DNA of 64,000 nucleotides from contig CAVVMW010000005.1 of assembly GCA_963749495.1 (NCBI GenBank), forward strand, positions 128,001 to 192,000, in the 5' to 3' direction. This stretch comes from an uncultured bacterium (GTDB lineage: Bacteria > Verrucomicrobiota > Verrucomicrobiia > Limisphaerales > UBA8199). Positions within the stretch are counted from its first letter, which is position 1, and each line of letters begins with the position of its first letter. The position numbers and the translations under genes were made by a program. Positions 10,651 through 21,424 of the stretch are shown here, in pieces. Under the pieces are notes generated by a model, which saw only the letters and a program-made list of their open reading frames with translations, was not told the DNA's origin and searched no databases.

Positions 10651-13105
10651 CAGAACTCCTGACATAGCCTCATAGTTTTCGCCATTTCTGGGCATTTTCT
10701 GGGCGGACAATACTGGCGGGGGGGGGAACCCAAAACTGTCCGCTTTTTTGACCGCCGGGCTAACATCGGCGCGTATGGCCAATACCCTATGCGACGACCT
10801 CTTTCCAGAGGCGCGAAACCCACAAGGCACCCATGTCATCAACGAGCGATGCCTGCTGCTGACGCAGGAAGGTCACCGCCTTGTGCTCGTGTCAGGAATG
10901 CCCCTGGCACAGTATGCGGTGGGCGACCGCATGTCCGAAGCCCACGCCATGGTGAGCCTGATCGATGTAGGTTGGGCGGATCAGAACGACGTGGCCAGAG
11001 CCTTTGGTTACTCGGTCCGCACGGTGCGGCGCTGTCAACAACGCTTCGAGGGGGGCGGCTTGGCTGCACTGGGACGCCCCCGCGGTTATCCGCAGGGGCG
11101 TGCCCGCCTGGCGGCCTCTCGGCGAGGCTGGGTCCAACGGCTCAAGGCCCAAGGCCGCTCGCACTACGAGATTGCGCGGCGGCTTGGGGTCAGTGTGCAA
11201 GCCGTCCGCAAAACCGTGCGACGTTTAGGCTGGAAGCCCGCACGGATGGTCGTTCAGACCGAACTGCCTCTTGAGCCGCGGACGACCACCGCTGCGAACC
11301 AGCCCCCCGTGGAGACCCCTTCATCGACTCATTCACCCGCATCTGGGGGGAACCCAAAACTGTCCGCTTTTTGTGCATCCGTGGCGCCGAGCCCACTGCC
11401 GCGCAGCCTCGACACCGACCCGGCTCATCGCTGGACCGATCGGTTGCTGGCACGCCTGGGATTGCTGGAAGATGCAGCCCCGTTGTTCGGGTGCGCCGCC
11501 GCCGTGCCGTGCGTCGGCGTGCTCTTGGCCTTGCCGGCGTTGGTGGCCAGCGGCGTTTTCGACTGTGCTCAGAGGATCTACGGCAGCCTGGGGCCAGCCT
11601 TCTATGGATTGCGCACCAGCTTGCTCACACTCTTGCTCATGGCGCTGTGGCGCATCAAGCGACCGGAGGGCCTCAAGGAACACTCCCCTCAAGACTTGGG
11701 GCGTGTGCTGGGCTTGGACCGGGCGCCCGAAGTCAAAACGCTGCGGCGGAAACTGGCCTGCCTGGCGGCCACCGGACGCGCCGCGCAGTTTGGCCTGGCT
11801 CTGGCCCAGCGACGGGTCGCCTTGCGCGGAGCCGCCTTGGGTTTCCTCTACGTGGATGGCCACGTGCGGGTTTACCACGGCAAGCACCGTCTGCCCAAGG
11901 CCCACGTGGCTCAGATGCGCCTCTCGGTGCCGGCCACTTCGGACTATTGGGTCAACGACACGTGCGGCGATCCGCTCTTTGTCGTCACGGCACAGGCTAA
12001 CGCCGGCTTGGTCAAGATGCTGCCCGGCATCCTGGAGCAGGTGCGCAGCTTGGTGGGCAAACGACGCATCACCGTAGCCTTTGATCGCGGCGGCTACAGT
12101 CCCAAGCTCTTCCTCCAAATCCTGGCCGCGGGCTTTGACGTGCTGACGTACCGCAAAGGGCGCTGCCGCCGCGTCCCCCGCAAGCGCTTCCGGCCATGTC
12201 GCACCCGTTGTGAGGGACGGACCTTCCTCTACGTCCTGGCCGACCAGGAGGTGCGCTTGCTCAAGGGCAAGCTGCGCATGCGGCAGGTCACCCGCCTGAG
12301 GGACAACGGGCACCAAACCCCCGTCCTGACCTCGCGCCGGGATCTGTGCGCTGCCCAAGTCGCCTATCACATGTTTGATCGCTGGCGACAAGAGAATTTC
12401 CTGAAATACCTGTGCGACGAATACGCGTTGGACGCGTTAGTCGAATATGCCGCGGTGCCTGATGATCCCACTCGTGAGGTTCCCAACCCGGTCTGGGCGG
12501 CCGTGGACGCCCAATTGCGCCAGGCGTATGCCCAACTGGCTCGGCTGCAGGCCGAATATGGCCTGGAGGCGCTGGTCAACCTGGAGCAGCAGCAGCAGAC
12601 CATGCGCGGCTTCAAGATCGCGCAGGGCAAGCTCGGCCAGCAAATCGACACTGCTTGGCAGCGTGTAGCGCGACTGGAGAAACGCCGTGCCGCCGTGCCC
12701 CGGCGAGTGCCGATCCAAAGCATCACCAAAGAGCCCGTGGTGAAACTGGCTCCAGAACGCAAACATCTAACCAATGTGATTAAGATCGTGGCTTACCAAG
12801 CCGAGAGCGATTTGCTGAGATTAGTCGCGCCCTACTATCGGAGGGTGGGCGACGAAGGTCGAACTCTGATCCAATCGGCTTTGGCCAGCGCGGCGGATCT
12901 CGAAGTCACCCAAACGGAGTTGCGGGTGAGCTTGGCTGCGCTAAGTTCGCCGCACCGCACGCGGGCGATTGCCGCGCTTTGCGAGGAACTCAACCGGACC
13001 AATACCCTCTTTCCAGGTTCGCGCTTGCGCCTGCGCTACACAATTCGGGAAGCGCCGTGAGGCAAAAAGCGGACATTTTGTTTGACGGCTATGTCAGGAG
13101 TTCTG
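10651..13105 (+). mobile_element. Apparently intact IS element (large HTH-HTH-DDE transposase)
   Basis: Perfect IR CAGAACTCCTGACATAGCC at both ends. GAATC on both flanks (10646-10650 and 13106-13110). Confidence 0.9.
10775..13060 (+). CDS. Putative DDE transposase with two N-terminal HTH motifs
   Basis: QNDVARAFGYSVRTVRR and HYEIARRLGVSVQAVRK HTHs; YVDGH, AFDRGGYS and RWRQENFLK catalytic-like motifs; bounded by IRs. Confidence 0.88.
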   Translation: MANTLCDDLFPEARNPQGTHVINERCLLLTQEGHRLVLVSGMPLAQYAVGDRMSEAHAMVSLIDVGWADQNDVARAFGYSVRTVRRCQQRFEGGGLAALGRPRGYPQGRARLAASRRGWVQRLKAQGRSHYEIARRLGVSVQAVRKTVRRLGWKPARMVVQTELPLEPRTTTAANQPPVETPSSTHSPASGGNPKLSAFCASVAPSPLPRSLDTDPAHRWTDRLLARLGLLEDAAPLFGCAAAVPCVGVLLALPALVASGVFDCAQRIYGSLGPAFYGLRTSLLTLLLMALWRIKRPEGLKEHSPQDLGRVLGLDRAPEVKTLRRKLACLAATGRAAQFGLALAQRRVALRGAALGFLYVDGHVRVYHGKHRLPKAHVAQMRLSVPATSDYWVNDTCGDPLFVVTAQANAGLVKMLPGILEQVRSLVGKRRITVAFDRGGYSPKLFLQILAAGFDVLTYRKGRCRRVPRKRFRPCRTRCEGRTFLYVLADQEVRLLKGKLRMRQVTRLRDNGHQTPVLTSRRDLCAAQVAYHMFDRWRQENFLKYLCDEYALDALVEYAAVPDDPTREVPNPVWAAVDAQLRQAYAQLARLQAEYGLEALVNLEQQQQTMRGFKIAQGKLGQQIDTAWQRVARLEKRRAAVPRRVPIQSITKEPVVKLAPERKHLTNVIKIVAYQAESDLLRLVAPYYRRVGDEGRTLIQSALASAADLEVTQTELRVSLAALSSPHRTRAIAALCEELNRTNTLFPGSRLRLRYTIREAP

Positions 13106-13260
13106 GAATCAGGCAGCCCGGAGCTGAATGGGCCGCCGCCCGAGTTGGTCTTTCGCAACTAAACGGGGATGCAAGACAAATGCCACACGGGTGATTGACG
13201 CGCACTTGAGTTCACACGCAACGGACGCATTGTCCAGACTATCCGGTCGGTTTGAATCTC

Positions 13261-13472
13261 CGGCCCAAAGGGCCGGCAGAGCCTAGCCCAGGGCTGAGGC
13301 CGTCAGGCCGATGCCCTGGGAACATGCCCCCCCGAGGATTAGGCGCGCCCTGAAACGGCGCCAGAACACTCTGGCGCCCTTTCAGGGCGCGGGGCGTGGG
13401 TTTGTGGGCAAACCCAGGGCATCGGCCTGACGGCCTCAGCCCTGGGCTAGGTTCTGGCGGCCCGTTGGGCCG
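13261..13472. repeat. Multi-arm REP-like palindromic element (CCTAGCCCAGGGCTGAGGCCGTCAGGCCGATGCCCTGGG family)
   Basis: Long outer inverted arms plus inner GCGCCCTGAAA/TTTCAGGGCGC arms. Confidence 0.85.
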
Positions 13473-13603
13473 CGAGGCACCGCAGGAAAGGCGGCTCATT
13501 TCACTGGTCTAAAGCCCGGGACTTGCTGCCTGGAAATCCGTGGGCCTGCACAATTGTCGATCCGGGCCGTGACGTTTTCCCGGCAGAATGGTCCAACCGG
13601 GTG

Positions 13604-14389
13604 ATGAACAGCAAAGAGTGCAAGAGCAGTATGGGTTCAGATCCATCGCGCCGCGCGGGGTTCACATTGGTGGAACTCCTGGTGGTCATCGCCATGATCG
13701 CCATTCTGGCTGCTCTGATGCTGCCGGCGCTTTCCAGGGCCAAGGCGCAGAGCCTAAGCTCCTCCTGCAAGAACCATCTGCGGCAGATCGGGCTTGGCCT
13801 GAAGATGTACGTCATGGACTATAACTGGTATCCACCTCTGACGGAACGTGGCTCCTCTCAAGTGTGCTTTGATAGGTTGCACCCATATTATCCCGTAATT
13901 TGGACCAATGTGTCATGGAACTGTCCGACATACATTGCCAACCATGGAGTCGTTTCCCGGGATTTAGTAGAGAATGAGTCTTGTGGTATCGCGTACTCGT
14001 ATAACTGGCGCGGTATCGCTACGGGTTGGCGAGGCTCCCCCAGATCCTTTTGGGGGCTGCAACTGGGTTTGGGCCAACTCCCGAAGGACAGCGCGAAAGA
14101 GCCAGCAGTTTTGGCCCCAAGCGAGATGTTTGCTGTTGCGGACGCTCGATCACACACCCGACTCAGCGGAATTGCCGGATCGATCAAGGCGCAGCCGTGG
14201 AGTCAGGAGGGGGAATCGGCTCCGCCACACGGCCAGGGCTACAATATCCTCTTCGGTGATGCACACGTGGTTCTGGTGAAGCGCAACAATTACCTGTACC
14301 CGCCTCGAACCGCGCACAATTGGAACCGGGACAACCAGCCGCACGCGGAGGCTTGGGCCCCGCGAAGCCAATGGGCGGTGCAGCAGTGA
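13604..14389 (+). CDS. Prepilin-type cleavage/methylation H-X9-DG-like protein
   Basis: [51 protein letters not shown]. Confidence 0.9.
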   Translation: MNSKECKSSMGSDPSRRAGFTLVELLVVIAMIAILAALMLPALSRAKAQSLSSSCKNHLRQIGLGLKMYVMDYNWYPPLTERGSSQVCFDRLHPYYPVIWTNVSWNCPTYIANHGVVSRDLVENESCGIAYSYNWRGIATGWRGSPRSFWGLQLGLGQLPKDSAKEPAVLAPSEMFAVADARSHTRLSGIAGSIKAQPWSQEGESAPPHGQGYNILFGDAHVVLVKRNNYLYPPRTAHNWNRDNQPHAEAWAPRSQWAVQQ

Positions 14390-15222
14390 GCATGGCCTCG
14401 GCTTCGGACAGGCGAGCGCAAGGGAATTGCAGCGGTTTTACGCTGATGGAGCTTCTGGTGGTCCTCGCCATTATCGGCATCGTGGCGGCACTGCTGCTGC
14501 CGGCGCTTTCCATGGCCAAGGCCCACGCCCGCTCCACCGCCTGCAAAAACCATCTGCGGCAGATGGGACAGGCTCTCAAAATGTATGTGGATGATCACGA
14601 GAGCAGGTACCCCTATTACATTGGCCCTGCGGGTCCCGCTTATGGTGACGCAATCTGTCCGGGTCAGGGACGCAAAGGGGCCGGCCTGGTCTACTGGTTG
14701 ACAAAGCTATTCCCCTACTACCCACTGAATTGGACGAATGTCGCCTACCACTGCCCAGCGTACAGAGGAGTGATCTCAGGTCCGTTTGCACGGGAGACCA
14801 TCGACCGCCTGGGTAGCTACGGCTACAACGTGCATGGAACGGGCTACAGTTGGACTGACCATGCTGATGAAACGGTCATGGAGCATTTCGGTCTGGGTCC
14901 CATCATGACTTGGCCCGATGCACCGGCGGTTCGTGAGGCTCAAGTCAAGGTGCCGAGCGAAATGTTAGCCGTTGCCGATTCCCAGTTTTTTGAGGACCAC
15001 GGGAATGGGTGGCCAGGAGGGTCAGATATTCTGTATCCCGGTTCGCCCGTTTCGCCGTTGGGGCATCCATTTGACCCTGCGCGGCACGGGAGGAATTATA
15101 ACCTGCTCTTGTGCGACGGTCATGTTTCGGCGATGAGTCCTTGGGTGTTGTTCAATCGCACCAATACTGCCTCGACGTGGAATTACGACCACCAGCCACA
15201 CCCGGAATTGTGGGGGCCGTAA
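14386..15222 (+). CDS. Prepilin-type cleavage/methylation H-X9-DG protein
   Basis: [44 protein letters not shown] overlap with the upstream stop (alternative ATG at 14392). Confidence 0.9.
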   Translation: MSMASASDRRAQGNCSGFTLMELLVVLAIIGIVAALLLPALSMAKAHARSTACKNHLRQMGQALKMYVDDHESRYPYYIGPAGPAYGDAICPGQGRKGAGLVYWLTKLFPYYPLNWTNVAYHCPAYRGVISGPFARETIDRLGSYGYNVHGTGYSWTDHADETVMEHFGLGPIMTWPDAPAVREAQVKVPSEMLAVADSQFFEDHGNGWPGGSDILYPGSPVSPLGHPFDPARHGRNYNLLLCDGHVSAMSPWVLFNRTNTASTWNYDHQPHPELWGP

Positions 15223-15346
15223 TAGTCATTCCGGTTGCAGGTTTTGTTGCTCACACTCCAAGCTGGAGCGAGGCGGCCATGCCCGCCGTATGGCCCAAAG
15301 GCAGCACGGCGGTGGCCGCCCCGGCGGCCCGGAACCCCATCTCGAA

Positions 15347-15973
15347 CTACTCCGAGACGACCAAGACCGAGTTTCTGCCCCCAAACGGATTCTGGACGCT
15401 CTCCTTGGCGTTGGGGTCAGGCACCCACTGGCCGTCCACCACGAAAAGGTACTCGTGACGGCCGGTGCCGACCGCCAGGTTGCCCACCCAGCGTCCGTCC
15501 CCGGTGTTGAGCAGGGGCGTGCGCTCGGGCCGCCAACCGTTGAAGGAGCCGGCCACGAAGACCTGCCTGGCCCCCGGGCGCACCAGTTCCAAGGAGACTC
15601 GGCCGTCTCCAGGCGCCCGGCCTCTCGCCGGTTCCGTTCTCGGCGGTTCGCTGCGCGCAAACTGGGTTTGGGCCCGCTCCGGGCTTGCGGGTTGTGTGCC
15701 CGTTGGCTGGAAACCGCCGGGTTGCGTCCTTGCCGGCTCGGGCCTGGGAGGTTGAACTCTCGGCTGCTCGACCCCGCCGGGTTGGGGTCTCGCCGGCTCG
15801 GGACTGCCGTGCTGAGTCCTGGCCGGCTCGGTCCGCGCAAACAGGGTTACTGCGCGCTCCGCCACGCTGGCCGGTCCAGTCCTGGCCGGTTCGGGCGCGC
15901 TGCAATGGGTTTGGGTTCTTGCCGCTTCCGGTTGAAGCGCATTCTTCTTCGATCTTTTCGTGCTCTTGCTCAT
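15347..15973 (-). CDS. Glycogen-binding CBM48/AMPK-beta-like domain protein with 10-aa repeat N-terminal stalk
   Basis: PGARQVFVAGSFNGW...GRHEYLFVVDGQWVPDPNAKESVQNPFGGRNSVL, preceded by about ten EPARTQ-type repeats. Confidence 0.88.
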   Translation of the reverse strand: MSKSTKRSKKNALQPEAARTQTHCSAPEPARTGPASVAERAVTLFARTEPARTQHGSPEPARPQPGGVEQPRVQPPRPEPARTQPGGFQPTGTQPASPERAQTQFARSEPPRTEPARGRAPGDGRVSLELVRPGARQVFVAGSFNGWRPERTPLLNTGDGRWVGNLAVGTGRHEYLFVVDGQWVPDPNAKESVQNPFGGRNSVLVVSE

Positions 15974-16196
15974 AAACAGTTGCAACAACTTGGTCCTGGA
16001 TGCCTCGAAACATCCCCGTCAAAAAACCGCCTCGCGCGGCAGCACAGGCTGTGCCAGCCGATGCCGCCCTGCGCCCCGAGGCCGGATTTATAGAGCGATT
16101 TATTAGTGTCGCCGGGAGAATCCCCTTCTGGGCGCATTACAAGATGGCTCCTTTTTGCCAGAATGCCAAAGGAAATCCGTCGAAGACGATTTTGGG

Positions 16197-16370
16197 GGGC
16201 GCATCCTGAGAGTGCCCCCGGGGTGCGCCCGTCCCCGGGCGCAGCAGCGGCGGAGCGGGCAGGCGCGCTGGAGTGTTTGACCGCCGCCCCGGCTCCGGAC
16301 GTCGCTGCGCCCGGGGACGGGCGCACTCCGGTCCGGCCCCCGGCGGTGGGGGCGGTGTCGGGATACGCCC
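16197..16370. repeat. REP doublet copy 2 inside a shell with imperfect outer IRs
   Basis: Outer GGGCGCATCCTGAGA versus the reverse complement GGGCGTATCCCGACA; inner arms as at 5794-5938. Confidence 0.8.
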
Positions 16371-16425
16371 GATTTTGGATCGAGTAAACCTTGCCTGGCA
16401 GCGTCGGCGCGCGTAGTCTGATCGC

Positions 16426-17277
16426 ATGACCACTAAGATCCGGCGCCACAAGCTGTCTGAGCCCCTGCTCGCTCGCGTCCTGGCGCGAGTGCGCCAGCGG
16501 CGGATTGCCCCGGCGCAGGTTGGTCGCCGCGGTTTCACCTTGATCGAGTTGCTGGTCGTGATCGCTATCATCGCGATCCTGGCGAGCATGCTGCTGCCGG
16601 CTCTGTCCCGAGCCAAGGAGAGGGCCAAGTCCATCAAATGTATGAGCAACACCCGTCAGTTGTGCCTGAGCTACAACCTGTATGCCCAGGACAACCGGGA
16701 TGACGTGGTGACGTTGTACTTGTTCGACACGGCGCCAACCGGCGCCTTCTTCCCGGGCACCGTCACGTGGTGGGTGGACCTCTTCCGGCCTTACCTCCAG
16801 GGGACAAACGTCCTGGTCTGCCCCAGCGTGATGGGCAAGGAACCGTTCGGCGCGGGTGGCCCGGGCGGGCTGGGCGTGGCCTTGAGCCATCCCGAGCTCT
16901 CCGCCTGGTCGTCAGACTGGCGGCCCAAGCTCGCCACCTTGAAGAATCCGTCCAAGAAACTGCCTTTTGTGGACTCGGGTCTGATCGGCAATCCGCTGGA
17001 ACGTAATCCGGACAATTGGGTCGCGGTGCCCAACCAGCAAGCCCTTTATTGGCGTGTGCCCACCAACCGGGGTTATTACGACGACGACCCGCAGCGCCCC
17101 GTCGGACGCCACCTCTGGCGGTGCAACGCCGGGTTTGCGGAGGGGCACGCCGAGGCGATCAAAGTCAGCAAGATCGGGTTGCAGTTCTTTGGCGGAAGCG
17201 TCACCGCCACCGGCATAGAATGGCTGGGCGGCAACGGCAAATACGACAAACGCTGGATGTGGTCCTGGGGCTCGTGA
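16426..17277 (+). CDS. Prepilin-type cleavage/methylation H-X9-DG-like protein
   Basis: [44 protein letters not shown]. Start codon uncertain. Confidence 0.88.
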   Translation: MTTKIRRHKLSEPLLARVLARVRQRRIAPAQVGRRGFTLIELLVVIAIIAILASMLLPALSRAKERAKSIKCMSNTRQLCLSYNLYAQDNRDDVVTLYLFDTAPTGAFFPGTVTWWVDLFRPYLQGTNVLVCPSVMGKEPFGAGGPGGLGVALSHPELSAWSSDWRPKLATLKNPSKKLPFVDSGLIGNPLERNPDNWVAVPNQQALYWRVPTNRGYYDDDPQRPVGRHLWRCNAGFAEGHAEAIKVSKIGLQFFGGSVTATGIEWLGGNGKYDKRWMWSWGS

Positions 17278-17302
17278 ACACGGGTTAACTCGGGCGGGCT
17301 CG

Positions 17303-17941
17303 ATGCGAACCAGAGAAATCATTGCCGGGGGTCTTGTTGCGGGCACGGCGGCGGTGGCGCTCTGCCTCGCCCTCTCGGGGGGCACGCAGAAGATCGACCT
17401 CGCCCCCTACGACGCCCTGGGCGCGGTAACGGCGCAAGAGACCGCCATGCTGTTGGCCAACAAAGGCCAGGTGCTGGTGCTCGCCCGCGATACCGGCCAG
17501 GACAAGAACCCGTCGGTGGAAGCGGAACTGAGGGCCTTCCAGGAAACGCTCAAGAGCCGTCCTGGTCTGGGCGTCGTCATCGAAAGGGTCCGCGTCACGC
17601 CGATGCTGATGATGGCCACCGGGGGCGGCTTGCCCCCCGGCCAGCTTTTCAAGGCGCTGGAAACCCACAGCAATGCCGGCGCGGTGGTCCTGTTCTTCGC
17701 CTTTCCGGAGTTGACCGGTCCTGAGGCGGAAACGCTCAAGAAGATGGGCCTCAAAGTGGTCGTGGTTTCCTCGCTCCGTCCCGGCTACAAGCAACTGCTC
17801 GAGCGACAGGCCATCCACCTCGCCATCGTGCCTCGGCCGGACGCTCCGCCGCCAGGCACGCCGCCGCCGCGCACCCTCAGAGAACGCTTCGACCAGGAAT
17901 TCACCGTCCTCACCCCCGCAGACGCCGCCCGGTTGCCCTGA
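17303..17941 (+). CDS. Hypothetical membrane-anchored/exported protein
   Basis: N-terminal hydrophobic segment, high-GC3 coding pattern, co-oriented just after the prepilin gene. Confidence 0.75.
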   Translation: MRTREIIAGGLVAGTAAVALCLALSGGTQKIDLAPYDALGAVTAQETAMLLANKGQVLVLARDTGQDKNPSVEAELRAFQETLKSRPGLGVVIERVRVTPMLMMATGGGLPPGQLFKALETHSNAGAVVLFFAFPELTGPEAETLKKMGLKVVVVSSLRPGYKQLLERQAIHLAIVPRPDAPPPGTPPPRTLRERFDQEFTVLTPADAARLP

Positions 17942-18176
17942 AAGAAACGAAACGTCGGATTTGGAATTGTCAACTTCAAATACGACTTTCCCGCGGTGCT
18001 CTTTGTGGCTGGGGCCCGCCAACCGGGGGACCTCGCGAGCAAGACCTGTCTGGCGTAGCCCGCGGGGCGCGCTTTCTCCAGGCCGGCCCACACGTATTAC
18101 AGACTCATCGACCCCTTCTGTCATGCGCTCTCATTGACGGGCCGCTTTTCCGTGCTATGAAGGAGGAGGAGCACGT

Positions 18177-19520
18177 ATGCGTGATAAGCTGGTTCGAATC
18201 GTATCGGGTCTGGTTCTGGCGCTGGCTGTGCTGGAGGCCAGGCTGTGGGGGGCGGAAGACGCGAAGGCAGGGGGCGGGGCCGATGGCGTTGCCGGGCAGG
18301 CGGCGGCGGCCCCGGGCGCGCCAAGCGGCTACACGGTCCTGGCCTCGGAAGGGCCGGGGCGAACGTTGTTCGCGCTCAAGGCCGATACCCGCTCGGCCAA
18401 GGCTGCGGCGCTGGCGGCGCTGCGCGAGCTGGGCAAGGTCTTCGATGAGAAGCCGGTGGTGAGCGGGGCGTACGGTGACGACGCGGACAAGCAGTGCCGG
18501 GGGTCGTTCACGGCCAAATTGAAGGGGCAGCCGGTCAAGGGGTTCGTGGCGTGCGGCGTGGGGGCCAAAGGAGTGGCGGTGACCGTGGTTTACCACCGGG
18601 CCGATGCGGCGGCGTCGGACTTGGCGCCGCTGCTGGGGGCGGTGCCGGTTTCCAGGCAGTGGGTCGTTCACCCACTGCCGGGCGGCAGCGGGACCCTCAA
18701 GCTGCCGGCGGATTGGAAGATCACCGACAGCAGCGCCATCGGCAGCGTCACGGCGGCCGGACCGGCGGGGCAGACGATCGGGCTCGGGATCGGAGCGGAG
18801 GTCGTTGCCCCCAATTCCTTTATTGCCGCGCAAGTCCGGGCCTCGGCCACCATGCTGGTTGCGCCCTTCTGCGACCCGGTGACGGCGGTCAAAACGCTCA
18901 TGCCCCAATTGAGCGTGATGTCCCAGCGCCGGGGCGGCCCGGCCCTTTCACTCAAGAAGATCCTCTCGACTTCGCCCGCAACGGCCCAGCTTCCCAACGG
19001 GAAGGCGGCCTGGATTGAGTACGCTTACACCCAAGGCAGCGGTGCCAACGCGGTCGAGTATCGCCAGAAGGGCATCCTGGAGTGTTACGCGCTGGGTCCG
19101 CTGGGCTGGGCCTTCTACACCAGTTACGCCACCGCCCCGGAGCGGGTTTTCGAGCGCGACCTGCCGCTCATGACCGAGATTGCCCAGTCCTGGAAGCTCA
19201 ACGACCAGGCCGTCCAGAACAACACCGCGCAGATGATCGCGGCGCAGAATCGCAACTTCGCCGCGTTCGAGCACTCGATGCAGGAGCGGCAGCAGGCCTT
19301 CGACCGCTTCCGCCAATCCATGCGCAACAGCGAACTGGCCCGCGAGAAAAGCAACGCCGACTTCGACGAAGTCATCCGCGGCTACCGGAGCGTGGAAGAC
19401 ACCGCAACGGGCCACCGCACCGATGTGGACCTGGGCTACTCCAAAGAGATCGTGGACAAGCTCAACGAGAAGCAGGGCTACCAGCGTTACAAAGAGATCC
19501 CTTTGCGCGACCAACTCTGA
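18177..19520 (+). CDS. Hypothetical secreted protein with C-terminal coiled segment
   Basis: AGGAGGAG RBS, signal peptide and strong GC3 bias. Confidence 0.8.
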   Translation: MRDKLVRIVSGLVLALAVLEARLWGAEDAKAGGGADGVAGQAAAAPGAPSGYTVLASEGPGRTLFALKADTRSAKAAALAALRELGKVFDEKPVVSGAYGDDADKQCRGSFTAKLKGQPVKGFVACGVGAKGVAVTVVYHRADAAASDLAPLLGAVPVSRQWVVHPLPGGSGTLKLPADWKITDSSAIGSVTAAGPAGQTIGLGIGAEVVAPNSFIAAQVRASATMLVAPFCDPVTAVKTLMPQLSVMSQRRGGPALSLKKILSTSPATAQLPNGKAAWIEYAYTQGSGANAVEYRQKGILECYALGPLGWAFYTSYATAPERVFERDLPLMTEIAQSWKLNDQAVQNNTAQMIAAQNRNFAAFEHSMQERQQAFDRFRQSMRNSELAREKSNADFDEVIRGYRSVEDTATGHRTDVDLGYSKEIVDKLNEKQGYQRYKEIPLRDQL

Positions 19521-19580
19521 GCGGAGGGCAAGACAGATGCAAGAGTTGCATTGGCCCAAACCGGGTGTACCCTCCGCGTC

Positions 19581-20624
19581 ATGCAGAATTTTCCGATACC
19601 ACGGCTCGATGAACATCCTGAAATTGGGCATGGCCTCTTAAAATACTGCCGTTTGGGAAGAGGCGGCATCTGGCACGACCCCCTCGGACACCACCGGGTT
19701 GGCTGCCTCGATGCGACAAACCCCGCAGAGGCGAAAACGCTCCTCGACGGCGAAACGGCTGCTCTCGCGATTCACGACCCGCCCTACAACCTTGTCGCCT
19801 TTGACCGCAGAGGCATCGGAGAATACGTGTCCTGGTGCGAAAAGTGGATCGCGAGCACGGCGGCCTCTCTGAAGAACGATGCCTCGCTCTATGTTTGGTT
19901 GGGCGCCGATCAGCGGGATGGATTCCAGCCGCTGCCCGACTTCATGATCATGATGAGGGCGACGGAGTTCTCGCCGAGGTCCTTCATCACGATGCGCAGC
20001 CAAAGGGGCTATGGGACACAGAGGAATTGGATGGCAATCCGTCAGGAGTTGCTCTACTACGTCAAGGGGAATCCCCCGTTTAATGTTGAAGCCGAATATA
20101 CGGACATCCCGAAGATTCTTCGGGGATACTATAAGGAGGTAAACGGGAAGATGACTGAGAATCTCCAAAGGAGCCGATCCGAGACCATCCGTGCGGGCAA
20201 CGTATGGGTGGATATCCAGCAGGTGTTCTACCGGATGGAGGAGAACGTGAACGGGTGCTATGCACAGAAGCCGCTCCGGGCTTGCGAGCGGATCGTTAAA
20301 GCCAGTTCAAACAGGGGCGATTTGGTGCTCGATTTCTTTTCACATTCAGGCTCCACGCTCTTGGCCTGCGAGCTGCTGAACCGGCGGTGCTTCACTGCCG
20401 ACATCGACCCTGTGTTCTGCGAAATCACGATACGCCGGTTGGAGCACTTTAGGAAAACGCGCCAACTCGGGTGGCAAAATGCCAATCCGTTTTCCCGAGA
20501 GCTATCAGGAGACGCCGAACTGCGCAGGCTGATTGCCCAGGTTCAGCCTGAGGACGGCGGCGAACCCGGGAATGATTCCGGGAAAGGAAAACCGGCGACG
20601 ATGCTGCTAGATTTTGGGGCATAA
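19581..20624 (+). CDS. Amino (N6-A/N4-C) DNA methyltransferase, beta class
   Basis: Catalytic IHDPPY precedes AQKP and the SAM-binding LVLDFFSHSGST. Confidence 0.92.
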   Translation: MQNFPIPRLDEHPEIGHGLLKYCRLGRGGIWHDPLGHHRVGCLDATNPAEAKTLLDGETAALAIHDPPYNLVAFDRRGIGEYVSWCEKWIASTAASLKNDASLYVWLGADQRDGFQPLPDFMIMMRATEFSPRSFITMRSQRGYGTQRNWMAIRQELLYYVKGNPPFNVEAEYTDIPKILRGYYKEVNGKMTENLQRSRSETIRAGNVWVDIQQVFYRMEENVNGCYAQKPLRACERIVKASSNRGDLVLDFFSHSGSTLLACELLNRRCFTADIDPVFCEITIRRLEHFRKTRQLGWQNANPFSRELSGDAELRRLIAQVQPEDGGEPGNDSGKGKPATMLLDFGA

Positions 20625-21170
20625 CAGTTCGTAAAGCTGGTCGTAGGTAAGGGTCCGATAAAGATAATTGTCCAAGTGAGTTTGCAGCGTGTCTTGATTG
20701 ATGTGGAATTGGCCTTCCCCGATGTTCCCCTTATGCTGAAAATCCGAGTAATGGATTCTCCCGCCGGCGCTGTTTTCGCGGATCGTCGCGCTCTTGATGC
20801 GGAAGATTTTAACGCAGTCCGAAAAAAACAAGCCGTAGTAGAGCACGTCAAATTCTCGCCGTTTGACCTGTTGTATATTGCAGTCAAATTCGCTGCCTTT
20901 CCACTCTGAAAACGCCACCATTCTCTTTGCGCTCGTGGCTTCTTCGATGCATCGGAGGACAGTCTCTTCGGAGATCGGGGTTTCGGCTTTCCTTCGCACC
21001 ACCGAGAATTTCACTTCGACTCGATGGTGGCGGATGTCGTCGTAAAGGTCGTGGAACTGATTCCGTGCCTTCCCGCACTTCTCCAACCGCTTGACCATGA
21101 ACTCGGCTACTGTGCCAAATCGCCTCGTATAAAGGGAGAAAATGCCGTCACAAAGGGTTTCGCCGTCCAT
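20607..21170 (-). CDS. Putative Type II restriction endonuclease (PD-(D/E)xK-like)
   Basis: FGTVAE...HDLYDD...RVEVKFS motif, lower GC. Convergent with and overlapping the MTase; downstream of a C-like gene. Confidence 0.7.
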   Translation of the reverse strand: MDGETLCDGIFSLYTRRFGTVAEFMVKRLEKCGKARNQFHDLYDDIRHHRVEVKFSVVRRKAETPISEETVLRCIEEATSAKRMVAFSEWKGSEFDCNIQQVKRREFDVLYYGLFFSDCVKIFRIKSATIRENSAGGRIHYSDFQHKGNIGEGQFHINQDTLQTHLDNYLYRTLTYDQLYELLCPKI

Positions 21171-21405
21171 GAGAAGCCTTTCCAAGTTCCTCCAACGGAG
21201 GAAACAGTTGTCCGACTTCGACCTGCAGCGCGTCCGCGATCTTGATCAGGTTGAGGGCGGAGACATTCCGTTCGCCGCGCTCAATCCCGCCGTAATAAGC
21301 CCTATCCAGTCGGGCAAGTTCAGCCGCCGCCTCCTGGGTAAGGCCCTTCGCTTCTCGGTGAGAGCGGATTTTCCTTCCGACTGCAAGCAGAAGAGAGTTT
21401 GTCAC
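21148..21405 (-). CDS. XRE/HTH controller (C) protein of the R-M system
   Basis: VGRKIRSHREAKGLTQEAAAELARLDRAYYGGIERGERNVSALNLIKIADAL. GTG start; overlaps the start of the REase. Confidence 0.85.
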   Translation of the reverse strand: MTNSLLLAVGRKIRSHREAKGLTQEAAAELARLDRAYYGGIERGERNVSALNLIKIADALQVEVGQLFPPLEELGKASHGRRNPL

Positions 21406-21424
21406 CTTTTCCAGAATACGAAAC

